DNA from: Mobula hypostoma
Taxonomy: Eukaryota
Direction: 5' to 3'
DNA length: 64,000 bases
NCBI RefSeq assembly: GCF_963921235.1
Contig: NC_086097.1
Location: forward strand, 72,852,001 to 72,916,000
Shown: piece by piece, positions 35,300 through 48,570 of the stretch
Layout of the letters: each line of letters opens with the position of its first letter
Position numbering within the stretch: the first letter of the stretch is position 1
Position numbers and translations under genes: made by a program
The notes under the pieces: generated by a model
What the model saw: only the letters and a program-made list of their open reading frames with translations
What the model was told of the DNA's origin: nothing
Databases searched by the model: none

Positions 35300-36065
35300 T
35301 TGTATATCTTCTTTGTGACCATGCAGGTTTCCTCCAGGTTTTTCAATTTCTTCTTACAGGTCAAAGACCTGTTGGTCAGTGTGTTAGTTGGCTAACACCT
35401 TGAGGTGAGTGGCAAGTGAATTGTGGAGTCAATGGGAATGTGAGAGAGGAAAAAGAAAGTCAGAGGGGGATAAAGCAGGTGAATTAGATTTCTGGCTTTG
35501 CTCTAAGTTAATGAGGACAGTTGAGATTTCATCTGAAATGTTTTGTCCAGTGTTAGTCTCCATTTTATTAAGGAGGGCTGTAAATGCACTTGATAAAGTC
35601 CACCAGACTAATACCAGAAGCAGGTAACAGGAAAGAACAGAGTAGATTTGCATCTGCTCAAGTTCAGCAGAGTGAGAGATTATTTGGCTACAAACTGCAA
35701 GATGAGCATTCTTGATTGGGAATGTAGAGAGGATACTTATGGAAAAATCCAGCACTAGAAGGCCTGCTTAAAAATAATCAAAGCACTAAAAGGTCTGCCT
35801 ATAGCTGAGATGACATATTCTTGCTTACAGTTTAACAGTTATATGCCTTTCGAACTCCCTTCCTCAATTTGTGGTAATCTAATTTAATGTAGAGTCTTTG
35901 AATATTTCAAGGGCAAGGTAGATAGATTTTTGATATACAAGGGGTGAAATGTTACAGCAGATATTCTAGAATGCACAGTTAAGTTTATAGTCAGATCAAC
36001 CACAATCTTATCAGATGGTGAAGAATTCTTGAAAGGCCAAGAGGACTATTCCTACTCATACTTGT
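35300..36065 (+). mobile_element. old V-SINE remnant followed by old CR1 3' remnant
   Basis: CATGCAGGTTTCCTCCAGG...TCTTACAGGTCAAAGAC at 35320-35370; CR1-like 3' GAATATTTCAAGGGCAAGGTAGATAGATTTTTGAT and GGCCAAGAGGACTATTCCTACTC. Confidence 0.5.
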
Positions 36066-38011
36066 ATGTTTGTGTGTTCTTATCATTCACTATTCTTTTT
36101 CTCTACACTTAAAGTTCTTCCTGATGAAATACACTTCTGTTAATTTTGATGTAGTCTCCCAGATCTCTTCCACCTGTTCACCTGCTTTTTTTTTTATCTC
36201 CCATGTGTCAACTATTTTATTCAAGTATTTTCTGACCACACAATACACTTTGAAATATCGCAAGATGTAATACACAATCCCTAATTTCATAATACCACAC
36301 AGTATTATGGGCATTACTCAAGTGAGAGTTGATAGCACCTACGTTTTTCAAAATCAGGTTAAATATCACTCACATATGTCATGAAATTTGTTACTTTGTG
36401 GCAGCAGTAGAGCAAAAAAAGTGAGGTAGTCTTCATGGGTTGGTTCATTATCTGTTCATAAATCTGACAGTGAAGGGATAGAAGTTGTTCCAAAAAAATC
36501 GAGTATGTGTCTCCAGGCTCCTGCAGCTCCTCTGATTATAGCCATGAGAAGAGGGCATGTCCTGGGTGATGGGGTTCTTAATGGTGGATGCTGCCTTTTT
36601 GAGGCCTCAGCTTTTGAAGATGTCCTGGACACTGGGGAAGCTAGTGTCTGTGATGGAAGGGGCTGAGTTTGCAACCTTCTGTAAGTTTTTCAGATCCTGT
36701 GCCGTGGCCGCTCCATACCAGATGGTGATGCAACCAGTTAGAATGCTCTCCACAGTACATCTGTAGAAATTTTGTTGGAGCTTTTGGTGACGAACCAAAT
36801 CTCCTCAAACACCTAATGAAATATAGCCACTGATGTGTCTTTGTGATTGCATCAGTAGATCTTCAGAGGTGTTGACACCCAGGAATTTGAAACTGATCAC
36901 CCTTTCCACTGCTGATCCCCTGATGAGGACTGGTTTGTGTTCCCTTGACTTCTCCTTCCTCTGGTCAACAATCAATACCTTGATCTCATCGACAGCAAAT
37001 ACAAGGTTGTTGTTGATACACCACTCAACCAGCTGATCTAGCTCACTCTTGTACACCTCATCACCATCTGATATTCTCCCAACAACAGTTGTGCCATTAG
37101 CAAATTTATAGATGTTTGAGCTATGTCTAGCCATATATTCATGGACGTTGAGGGAGTAGAATGCGTGTGCTGGGCATGCATTCTTGAGGTGCACCAGTGT
37201 TGATTGTTAATGAGGAGGAAATGTTCTTGCCAATCTGCACTGAGTTCCAGTTGCAGAGGGGGATATAGAGAACCAGGATTTGAAGCTTGTTGATTAGAAC
37301 TGAGGAACACCAAGTTGTAATCAATGAGCAGTAGCCTGAGCTGGTATTGCTTTTGTTCAGGTGGTGTAGGGCCAAGTAGAGAGCAAGTGAGATTGTAGAT
37401 CTATGATGGCAGTCAGCAAGTTGCAGTTGATCCAAGTCCTTGCTGAGGCAGGAATTGATTTTGGTCATGATTCTGGTCTTTACACGGCATCGCAGTAGAT
37501 GTCAGTGCAACTGGGTGATAGTCACTGAGACAGCTCACCCTGTTTTTCTTGGGCACTAATATAATTGACACCCTTTTGAAGCAGTTGCAAACCTCGGACT
37601 GATGCAGGGAAAGATTGAAGATTTCCTTGAACACACCCGCCAGATGGCTGGCACAGGCTCCCCACCAGGTACACCATTAAGACTTGACACCTTGTGAGTA
37701 TTCACCCTCTTGAAAGATGTTTTAATGTCCGCCTCCGAAACAGAGATCACAGGCTCACCAGATGCTGCAGGGATTCCCACAGATGTAGTTTTATTCTCAC
37801 TTTCTATGCATGCATAAAAGACATTGAGCTCACCTGAGAGTGAAGCATCACAGTCATTCATGATGTTAGGCTTTGCCTTGTAGGAAATATTGGCCTGCAA
37901 ACCCTACCAGAGCTGACGTCTCTAACCGCAATCGGAATTGTTCTTTTGCTCTTAAAAATTTTCGGTAGGGCATACCTGAATAGTTCTGCATCATCAGTCT
38001 TGAATGCCACA

Positions 38012-38303
38012 GATTTTTTTTAATGTATTTTTATTTTAGAAATACAACACAGAACAGGCCCTTCTGGCCCTGCGAGCCACACCCCTGATTTAATCCCAGC
38101 CTAATCACAGGACAATTTATAATGACCAATTAACCTACCAACCGGTAGGCCTTTGGACTGTGGGAGGAAACAGGGGTACCCAGAGGAAGCCTATGCAGTC
38201 AAGGGGAGAACGTAAAAACTGCTTACAGACAGCAGCGGAAATTGAACCTGGGTCACCTGTACTGTAAAGCATTTTGCTAACCACTACAGTACCATGCAGC
38301 CCC
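38012..38303 (-). mobile_element. tRNA-derived V-SINE
   Basis: Reverse complement gives GGGGCTGCATGGTACTGTAGTGGTTAGC (A box), GGTTCAATTTCC (B box), CTGTTTCCTCCCACAGTCCAAAG and an A-rich tail. Confidence 0.8.
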
Positions 38304-38364
38304 ATCTAGCCCTCAGCAGACTGCACAAATCCTAGTTCATCCATAGCTTTTGGTTTGGGTGTGC

Positions 38365-39585
38365 TCTCAAAGGCAGTAACTGTGAACCTTTTCAAGTTAG
38401 ATCAGGAGTAAAACAGGGATGCGTGATTGCCCCAACTTTGTTCACCAGTTTCATTGTGACAATCATCCACATTATCAAGGATGACCTACCCCCAGGAATC
38501 GAAATTGTCTACAGAACAGCTGGCAGACTTTTCAATCTTGCCTGTCTCAAGTCCAAAACAAAGACATCCATGAGTTTCCTCATCGAGTTCCAATAGGCAG
38601 ATGACAACAGTGTTGCAGCTCTTTCAGAAAACCACCAACAGATTCTGACTGCCTTCACCATGGATACATAAAACTTGGACTTACCATCAATTGCAAGGCT
38701 CAGATCATCTATCAACCGTCACCAGTTGAGACAAATTGGATAGAACCATCAATTCAACTTGGCGAAACATCCCTGGAAAATGTGGACTACTTTCCATATC
38801 TTGGAAGTCACCTCTCCTCCAATGTCAACCTTAATGACGAGATCCATCGTCTTAAATGCACTGGAACAGCTTTTGGATGTCTCCGAACAAGTCTTTCATG
38901 ATCGTGACATCCAAACAGATGCCAAAATGTTAGTGTACAAAGCAGTGGTAATCCCAACGCTCCTGTATGCATCATAAACCTGGACAACATACCGACGTCA
39001 TCTGAAGGCACTTCAGAAGTTCCATCAATGCTGTCTTCAAAACATCTTAAATATCAGCTGGGAATATAGAAGAAGCAATGTCAGTATGCTAAATGAAGCA
39101 AAAACAAGCATTAAAGCCTACGTCATCAAGAACCAACCAATGTGGAGCAGTCATGTTGTTCGGATGAAAGACGAACGTCTGCCGAAACAAATCTTCTACT
39201 CCCAGCTTAAAGAAGGCAAACGTAAAAGAGGCGGACAACAGAAGAGATTCAAAGATGTCTTAAAAGCCAACATGAAGAAATGTAACATCGACATCAACAA
39301 TTGGGAAATCAATGCCAAGGACAGGAAACTCTGGCAAGCCATCATCCGAGAAGGAACAGCAACTTTCGAAGCCAACAGATGTGCAGAATTAGAAGAAAAG
39401 AGAAGAAAATAGAAAGACAGCAACAACAAAGCCCAATCTGCCATCTGGAACTACCCATCCTGAATGCAGAAGAACTCAAAGCCAAGATTGGACTCATAAG
39501 CCGCTTGAGAGCCCTTAAGTAGATCAACAGAACGAAGACCATCATCCTTGACCTCAAGGGACAGCCACGATGACGACAACGATGA
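38365..39585 (+). mobile_element. 5'-truncated RTE (BovB-like) LINE
   Basis: SGVKQGCVIAPTLF, EFQ*ADDN, YKAVVIPTLLYAS, HVVRMKDERLPKQIFYSQLKEGKRKRGGQQKRFKDVLK; (GAC/GAT)n tail at ~39568-39585. Confidence 0.88.
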
Positions 39586-42112
39586 AGTCAGTGATGACCA
39601 CGGCATATTAATTCCCTAAATATTGTCCAATCCACAGATTCAAAGCAGTCCCCCACCTCCCTCAACCATACCTTCATGGTCCTCACCACTGGTGCTGGAG
39701 TTCAGTCTCTGCCTGCATGCTGAGAGTAGAGGTACAGCCAGGTGATCAGGCTAGCTGAAATGGCACGATAGGTGTTCTTGATGGTGCTGTAACAGTGGTC
39801 AACCCTGCTGTCTCCTCTGGTTCCACAGGTGATATGTTGATGGGAGTTGGTCAGAGATTTCTGCAATCTGGCCTGATTGAAATCCCCTGCAATGATCAGA
39901 AAGGTATCAGAGTGTACTGTTTCTTGATGGCTGATCATGGTACTCAGCTCCAGTGCCTGCCTGACATTGGTTAGGGGTGGAATGCTACCAGGATGACGGC
40001 GGAAAACTCTCCTGGCAGATAAAATGGATGGCACTTCACCACTAGATGCACCGATCAGATGAGCAGGACTGAGACAGAACCACTACATCTGTGCAGCATG
40101 ATGAGTAAATAATGAAGCACACTTCACCCCCACTACCTTTAAGAGACTCAGTTCTTCTGGCCATGCAGTGGATGGTGAAATCCTTGAACTGCAGTGCTGC
40201 ATCCAAAATGGGAACGGTGAGCCACGTTTCTGTGAAGCAAGGTACACAGCATTTCCTGATGTCCCACTGGGTCTGCAATTTTCCCGAGACTGTACATTCG
40301 CCAGCAAGATAGTAAGAAGTGAAGGGTCTAAGGGGGTTTCAGTCTTATTTGTAGTCAGTGTGCTTTCTTAAAGGGAAACTGCACTCACAAACTGAGTCTG
40401 CAGGCCAGGGTTCATCATTTGAGGATTGATAGATTTTTTTTTAAAACAACTAAAACATGAAAAAAAATTACCCTTAAGTGTTTGTGTCCCAGTGTAATGA
40501 AACAGAAAGATATATCAAAGTAACGCATTCTGTATTAGCAATCTACTGTAAGTAGCAAGTGTGTGCACCCCTTTCCATTCAGGTAAATGTTTGAGGAACA
40601 CTCAATTCAGTGTGAAGCCTTGGAGGACCAAACAAGTTCTCCAAAAAGATCCTTGATAATGGCACACATCACTAATTTTCCTTATGCAAGGTTTACATTA
40701 TTTTGATAGATAGACACAGACTGTTTATCAGGAGGTAATACACAGCTTAAGGAACATTTTCAAACATTATTACCTTGTGCCCAATGAGTAAAGACATGCA
40801 CATCACTCCTTCAAATCAAAGTGACAAAGTTTCCTGGATTCACATGGTGTGTTACTGAACGTGATCAAATTTTTTAAAAAATCAAATAACATTACTATAT
40901 TCTTGCAGCCACAAAGATGGGGTTTGATAGTGATTATACTCTTGGTTGGGTCAATGACAAAAAGGAACATTTATAAAAATTGTGATAGCTGTATTGAACA
41001 CAAAATAAATTTTATAAAGATAATCTCCCCCACCCCCTGTCACTGGCTCTATGGGTTAGCAAATTGCCTAGTCTAGTGTTAAGACACAAGACTAGTTTAA
41101 AGCTTTTTCTTTGCTGGATCATTAAATTTATTCTCAAACAAAATACAAGATAGGTTTGCATAACTAGTTCTATTGATCTTGGGATACAAAATGAGGGAGA
41201 AGTAAAATCTGGCAGGGATCTCAGACAGGACTCTAGCCAGTGATTGTGAAATCATCTCTTCTATCTTAGTACAAAAAGACATTCAGTCAAAACATCAAGG
41301 AGTTTTGGGCACATGGACTCCACCATGAGTTAGGTTTTCAAATGGGAAAGGTTGATCTTTTTCACTTAGAGAGATTCTTCCAGTCTCCCTCTTGCCCAAC
41401 TAGCTTCTTTTGACTTTTTTTTTAAAATCAGTTTTGACATCATTAAGTCTATATCACCTATGATACCTAGTAGGATCTTGGTAACTTTTAAACTACTCAA
41501 TAACTTCCTAAACAACAAAAGCCTTAGAGACATGGAGTTCTTTCCCAAAACCTCATACAGTCTCAGCAGAAAATAAAACCAATCAAGGTATATCAGAGCA
41601 GGCCCAGTCAAGATTATCACTTAGACAGTGATTTAGTTTCCAGAGAAATGGGAGTATTTGAGATCCGCAATAATAAGACTCATTATCTAAATGACACGGA
41701 CTCAGTTTGCTCCTAATCTAATTCTCTGGCATACTTATTACCTTTTATTGTAGTCTATTTTCACAACGGACACCTTCTAACCTTATATCTTGCAACCATC
41801 TCATATTGCTAAATGGACACATGTCCTCATCTTGTTGGTAGGCACCTGAATGTCAATATAGCAAATCCCTTGCTTTCAGAGAAGGGCCTTAATGTTCTCA
41901 CCATACACACAAAATGCTGGAGGAACTCAGCTGGCCATGCAGCATCCTTAATGTTCCCTTAATGTTCTCCACAGGAGATGAAAGATCTGTTATTTATTCA
42001 TATGACCAACTCACATTCTAACTAAAGGTTTAATCAAAGGGCCTCCAGTCACTTTTTACAAAGATAGGACCAAGGGCAAAGTTTAATGGTTTACTTATTT
42101 TCCTATGGATCT

Positions 42113-43400
42113 TGTCACAAAGGTGGGGGTGTTGGGAGCAGACCCAAATGCAGACACTGAAGTACCAGGAACAGGACTAGGATGCAGGACCTGGGCTAGG
42201 ACATGGACAAGAAACAGGGAACCCAGACAAGGAAACATGAACTAAGAGCCTGGGCTTGGGAAAGCGGGACCAGGACTAGGAACCATGAACTAGGAGCCTG
42301 TGCTTGGAGTCCGAGCCAGAGACTGGACAAGGACCCAGAACCTGGGTCTTGTCTCAGGCTCGGACCCCAGAACCAGGCAAGGATATGACATGGCTACAGG
42401 ACAGGACAAGGCTGCAGGCTGGGGTCTTGAGGCTTGAGGCTGCAGCCTGGGAACTGCACATCAACCAGCAGGTTGCTCCCAGGGAATCTGATAAGACAAA
42501 CCATCCCACCACATTCAACCCCAAGGCTACTTATATTCCAAGTCCCAAGATGGGAATCAGGTGCCTATGATTAACCCAACCGAAACAAGGGACAGCTAGA
42601 AGATGAGTCCTTCGAAAATCCAGGACTCATCTTTCACACAACGCTAACATGAGACTGGACAGTACATAGACAGAGCTGGGACATATCCTTAGACAAGCCA
42701 GGACTCAACTTTATCTCCACACCAAGGTGGAACAGATCCATCCATCAGGTAACAGCAGAATAGCCAGACTTACCCAACAGAGGCAAAGACAAGACAAGAC
42801 AGGTCCCCCTGCAGGGTAACAGCAGAACAGCCTCACTTACCCCACAGAGGCAAGGACAAGACAAGCCAGATCCCCCCCACAGGGCAACAGCAGAATGGCC
42901 TGACTTACCCCACAGAGGCAAGGACAAGAAGATACAAACACTGAAGAATAGACAGTCCATCTCTGCATCAGGGTTGCTCCGAGTCACAGTTACAGCCAGC
43001 AACCTCAGCTGGCTACAGAAACAGCCGGATCCCTACCTAGCTCAGAGTGGCTGACAGCCACTCAGCTAGCCTGGGAAACAGCCAAATCCATACCACAAAG
43101 ACAGCTCCAACTACCAACAACAAGGCTCCATGAAGTGGTGGTTCTCCAACACAGTCTAAAGCTGGCAAGTGACCTCTCTAGCCTTCCACCAGCAGGTTGC
43201 TCCCAGGGAATCTGATAAGACAAACCATCCCACCACATTCAACCCCAAGGCTACTTATATTCCAAGTCCCAAGATGGGAATCAAGTGCCTATGATTAACC
43301 CAACTGAAACAAGGGACAGCTAGAAGACCCGGAGTCCTGAGTCCACGGACCGGACTGTGAACCGGAATGCGGACTTCACGGACCAGACCATGATAGTACC
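42113..43400 (-). mobile_element. LTR-like element with internal tandem and dispersed duplications
   Basis: Starts TGTCAC and ends CATGATA+GTACC (PPT-junction-like). A ~140-bp block is duplicated (42465-42604, 43187-43326); three ~65-bp units at 42745-42930; ~50-bp units at 42218-42315. Confidence 0.55.
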
Positions 43401-44919
43401 AAGAGCAGATTAACATTTCTGCAAGATTCACAAACAATATTTTAGGCCTCCTCTCACCATTAAACCATTTCCCAAAGCCAAGACCCTCCTTAACCTTCAG
43501 CAGTTATCCAATTTCCAAAGATCAGTCCTTTGGTAACTGCCTGCTTGACGTTCTGGTGTGCACCCACCAGACAGATGTCACTTTAAAAGGTCTGTGTGGG
43601 AGGCTGTTTTAAAAACTCAGGAATTAGAACCTTTGATGGTTCTTGTAGCTGAGGTTTGTAATCTGTTTTTGGATTCTTCACCCACCTAACTGAATCATGG
43701 GTTTATAATTGAGGCTTAATAAGCCCAGTCATCCTTGTGAACGCAAGAGTGTTTGTGAGGTTTTAATGCCCATGGAATTTGCATGAGGTGCTCACAGTCA
43801 GGAAATCAACTAAACTATTCTCCTGACAAATTTGAGCAGAATGTATTTAGCTTAAACAGAATAAATGAAAGCTCAAGACTACATCCTATACTCCCTCTCC
43901 ATCACCTCCTCACCACCATCCCCCCCCCGCCACCCCCCCCACAACAGTCCACCTCTTGCATTATGCATTGTGCTGTCTCTCAAGCTCTTGCAAAATGTAT
44001 TTATTATTTTCTATGCATTCCATCTGCTGGGGAGCCTCTATTTTGCTGTCTGATGCTGAGTCTGCCTTCCATATGGGAAAGAGTAAGAGAACTTCAACAG
44101 TTCAGACAAGTGACAGCCCTGCTTGTGGGCTTCATCCTTATCCTTCTCTGCGATAAAATTGCTTGAGAATGTATAGAGGATAAACCTCATGGCAGGAGAG
44201 CAGAAAATCCAAATGACTGGTCCTACTTTTAGAAATAGTTGTGTTATCATCGCCACAAGTTGTCTCCTTGCTCCAAAGACTCTGGAAAATGAAAATTAAG
44301 GAACTGAAATCTCTCCCATACCATGAATTATTCACCTCATTAATTTGTTTCATTGTCGCACAGAGTTCTCTTCCCTCGTAATTTAAATTCAAAGCATGAG
44401 TATTGCCATCTGGTAATTGCCTAGCTTTTTAACTGAGTTACATATCACTACATGGGATTTCTTTTCAGATAGTATTGCATGAAAGATTTTATGATCGCTG
44501 TAAAATGTTAAGGCTCAGCAAGGTACCAGATATTAGAGTCAAGACAATAAATTTGGAGAGAGCTAACAAGCTCAGTTTTACATCGAACTGAGAAAAGGTT
44601 TTGCATGGCCTTTTCATGGAGTGGCTGATATCTGGTTTTCTCTCAGCTCCACAGATCTCATTCGGCCTAATTTTCTTGGGCTTTGACTATTAATTTTACC
44701 AAAAATGAAGCAGCTTCAATGTTTGATACTGTTTTCATTGAGAAACCAAGTTTAAAATCCAGGCGAAATCATACAGGAGTGTTAGATAAGAAATACCTGA
44801 AGATTATCAACTTAGCCATTTATAAGAATCTTTGCCTCCCACAGGGCTCACATATTTCATTTCCTTTTTGTTATTGTTACCAGAATCTATTTCAAATATT
44901 ACAAGTACAGAATGCAGAT

Positions 44920-45392
44920 GAACAGAGTGAGAGAGCACCACAGCACAGAAACAGGGGCTTTGTCCCAACTAATCTGTGCCGAACTGTTACTCTGGCAAGT
45001 CCAATTGACTCACACCAAAGCCATAGCCTTCCTTACCCCTCCCATCCATGTACTAATCCAAACTTCTCTCAAATTTTGCAATCCAATCCGCATCCATCAC
45101 TTCTGCTGGCAGCTTGTTCCACACTCGCACCACCCTCAGAGTGAAAAAGATCCTCCCCCTCAACTATTTCACCTTTCACCTTTAACCTATGATTTCTGGT
45201 TCTAGTTTCACCCAACCTCACCGGAAAAAGTCTTCTTGCATTTACCCTATCCATACCCTTTATAATTTTGTACAACTCTATCATGTCTCCCCTCATTCTC
45301 CTATGCTAAATGAAATAAAGTCCTAACCTTTTTAACCCATCCATTTAACACAGTTCCTCAAGTCCCAGCAACATCCTTGTAAATTTTCTCAA
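44920..45392 (-). mobile_element. CR1 3' fragment
   Basis: MRGDMIELYKIIKGMDRVNARRLFP...TRNHRLKVKG. Confidence 0.8.
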
Positions 45393-45655
45393 CTTCTTGA
45401 TATTAATTCTGAATTTGCTTTTTCATTATTTCAAATTTGATTTGCCTTAACTTTAACTGATAATAATTTTCCAGGTCTACCATTTGATTGCCATGATCTA
45501 CAGGCCTTCTTTTAGTCACTTCTTGCAATGTTACAGCTTCTCCATAATCCGCTTCGCAGCTCTTGTTTGTACTTCCAGCATGAGCTCAACCACATACGAA
45601 GATGTACAGCATACAGTCCAAATAAAGCACAACTTTGTGTTTTCCCTCTCTAGAT

Positions 45656-45735
45656 CAGGGGTTCCCAATCTGGGGTCCAAGGACCTCTTGCTTAATGTTA
45701 TTGGTTCATGCCATAAAAAAGGATGTGAACCTCTG
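45656..45735. mobile_element. 80-bp hAT (Charlie-like) MITE
   Basis: CAGGGGTTCCCAATC...GTGAACCTCTG with degenerate 8-bp flanks CTCTAGAT/ACTTAGAT; same family as 54686-54765. Confidence 0.7.
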
Positions 45736-46695
45736 ACTTAGATTATAGCCTCCGCAATCTCCAAATAAAATACTTTACAGTTAGCGTGTTCTGGCCTTTG
45801 GACTAGGTTGAGAAAACATTTGCTAGAATGGGACCAGGAATGAGGAATTTCTGTTACAAAGAGAAAAAGAGAGCAGAGAATATCAAGCAGTAACTTGCCG
45901 ATTCCGGACAATTTCATAAATTACATAATGAAAAACTGTTCCTATTCAATGAAGACATAGAAAGCTTTGACAAAGAAACAGTAGGTACCAGAAGAAAAAT
46001 ATTTTCCATGCAGTGACTGATATTTTTTAATTTATTTGCAAGCCTTCCAAATTTACCTGCATTGTAACAACTAACGCACTCCAAACTATATCATAGTACA
46101 TGGCATACTTCAGCACAGGTCTGAAGGCAAGGACAGAATGGATGCCAAAAGCCTAAAATGTTTCTATGAGGTGAATAATTGTTCTATTTTGGAATACACT
46201 GACTGTGAGGGTGGGGAAGATTGATTCAATCATTGTTTTCAAACTGGAAGTGGATAATTGTTAGAAGGGAACTAGTTAGCCAAATATGGAACAGTTACCA
46301 TAAGGTCTATCTTGACAACTGCTCAAAAAAAAGACTCAGTGGGTCCATTGAGCTATATCATGCATCAGCTCTGTGCTGGCTTGTTCAGGATTCTATTTAC
46401 CAAGTTGTTTACGCTTCTGTCATAGCTGGACTTAATGGAGACAGATGGATTTTAAGAACCTAAGGATTTTATGAGGGGAGAAAGTCTACCAAATGTGTCT
46501 GAATAGTAATAGACACTGCATTTCAACACATGCCCTCGTGTGAGAAGCGCTCTTAGATAGCCCCAAGATATGCAAAAATATTTCTTTTGAATGCATGACT
46601 TTCGTCACTAAGATAGGTATACTTGGTATCATAGAATAAAATATATCAGTGAAGAACTGGTACATGACAAAGATTAGGGAATACACAAATTATTA

Positions 46696-46895
46696 CAAGT
46701 TCTCCCCAGTTTACAAACACCCAACTAATGAATAGCCCATAGTTGCAAACAAGCATCTGTGAGACTAGCAGGATGGATTTGTTCGGTGCTGCACGGCTTC
46801 TAAATACTAGGAACTCTGCTCATGCTTACATTTTTGGCTTGTGAACTGTTTGGGTTGAAACCAGTTCACAAAAAAATGGACCTGGGGAGAACTTG
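46696..46895. mobile_element. Tc1/mariner (Tigger-like) MITE, 200 bp
   Basis: Perfect 14-bp TIRs CAAGTTCTCCCCAG / CTGGGGAGAACTTG flanked by TA on both sides. Confidence 0.8.
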
Positions 46896-47499
46896 TAACA
46901 AAGATACTGAGGTTTGTTTACTTAAATTAGGGCTGCATTAAGAATCACATTACTAGTAGATGTAAAGTAAAAGAATTGTCTTTCATTTCAAAAGTACATG
47001 TATCCTGAGGTAGTCTCAGCATATTTATAATGCAGGGAATGCCAAAGCCACTTTTCCCACAGCCCAGTCCCAGAATTAGCAGATCATTCACATCACTAAC
47101 ATTGTTAGAGGATGAATATCAGGCAGAAAGCTTGCTGAATTTCACAAGGCCAGCTTTTCTGCTGAGTTTTGTTTACATGCAGTTTGAGAGTGCAGGGTGA
47201 TAGGGCAGGATTTGTTCACAACCAAAGCGAGCCAACAAAGCTTCTGAAGGACAGCTGCTCACTGTTGAAGGCAAGATCATTTGCTGTGTATTTAATACTG
47301 AAGGAATCCTCCAAATCTCAGGTGTGCAGTTTTCAGTAATTTGTGGCTGCATTCAATAATGATTCCTTGGAGGGAATGCTTCGGAGATTTAACAAAGAAA
47401 TCTGAAAATCATTGGTGTGAAAAAGATTCCACAAAGCTAGATATGCAAGCTGCAGTTATGGAGATAATGAGTGAATAACTGAATACAATTGCCTTGTCC

Positions 47500-48570
47500 T
47501 AACGGAGGGAAAAGCACAAAAAATTGAAAGTCACCAAACAAAGTGTGGTACCCAACAAGGTCATGCGTTTCAGTAAGAGAATATCTAAGTGGAGAGACTG
47601 CAAATGGAGTACAGAGGGATCTAAGTGTTCTTGCACAGGAAATCCAAATGATGGCTTGCAGGTGCAACAAGTAGTGGCAAATGGTTACAAAAGGATTAGA
47701 TTTTAAAATTGCGAAGTATTGTTGCAGTTGTACAGGGTGTTGATGCGCCAACATCTGGGGTAGTTGTGTGGTTCTCTGATCTCAGAGAGGACGTATTAGC
47801 ATATGAAGCCATGGGAGGAGGTGTTGGATGGTCGAATGAGCACCTGGTGCTGTTGCATATCACATGTCCTGGTTATGCAGCCACTGACGCCAGGCAGACA
47901 GACTGTAAAGAGTATTGATAATGGCTGGGGTCACCCATCTTGTAAAGACACTGCCCAGAAGAAGGCAATGGCAAACCACTTCAGTGGAAAAACTTGCCAA
48001 GAACAATCATGGTCAAAAGTTTATGATAGCCAACGTCAGATGACATGGCACATCATGATGATGATATTAGCATTGGAAGCAGTTTAGAAGAGATTGACCA
48101 GGCAAATTCCTGGGACGAGTGAGTTGTCCTATCAGGAAGAATTAAAATTTTCTATCCCTTGGAATTTTGTACAATTAGGTGTGATCATATTGAAACATTG
48201 AAAATCCTGAAGGAACATGACATAGAAGAGTTTGAAATGCTTCTTCTCAAGGGAAAGTCTTGAACAAGAGGAGGCAGATGCAACATAAGGAGGCTGTTAT
48301 TGAAAACACAGGTGCAGAGGAACTTATTCTCACTGATGGCAGTAAACTGGTAGAATTCACTGCTCTGAGGCTGTGGAGGCTTGATGATCACTGAAGGTAA
48401 TTGAAAAGGTGGCTGACGAATATTTGAAAGAGAAACAAATTGGGAGTTAGGGAAAACTCGTAAAGAAGAGGTAATAAGTTCAGGGACAGTGTAACCATGG
48501 TTCTATTGAATGGGCAGACAGGGCTGAGGGAAATGTGAACTATTCCCGCTCCTAATTTCTTATGCATGTT
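47500..48570 (+). mobile_element. old CR1 3' remnant
   Basis: Degenerate VLLQLYRVLMRQHL, QRRLTRQIPG, DHIETLKILKEHD and a CR1-type 3' UTR. Confidence 0.6.
47810..48064 (+). mobile_element. short RTE-type SINE/LINE tail insertion
   Basis: Contains AAGAAGGCAATGGCAAACCACT and an (ATG)n tail; 16-bp TSD TATTAGCATATGAAGC (47794-47809) / TATTAGCATTGGAAGC (48065-48080). Confidence 0.7.

Larger units (their letters stand above)
36350..40330 (-). mobile_element. Rex1/Babar-type LINE, decayed, with nested SINE and RTE
   Basis: EN: LLANVQS, CFTETWL, IIAGDFNQA, DHCYSTIKNTYRA. RT: IFNLSL..CFKRVSIILVPKK..DYHPVALTS, GAPQE, YKFANGTTVVG, RCTVESILTGCITIWYG. Confidence 0.85.

Noticed and set aside
40800..41880. 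possible ancient L1/Tx1 remnant on the minus strand
   Set aside because: Composition is suggestive, but I could not read any diagnostic RT/EN motif.
42200..43330. CRISPR-like array
   Set aside because: Eukaryotic context; units are degenerate tandem repeats without unique spacers, and there are no cas genes.
43783..45144. ORFs of 127 and 153 aa as host exons
   Set aside because: No domain signature; one runs through a poly-C tract and the other into an antisense CR1 tail.
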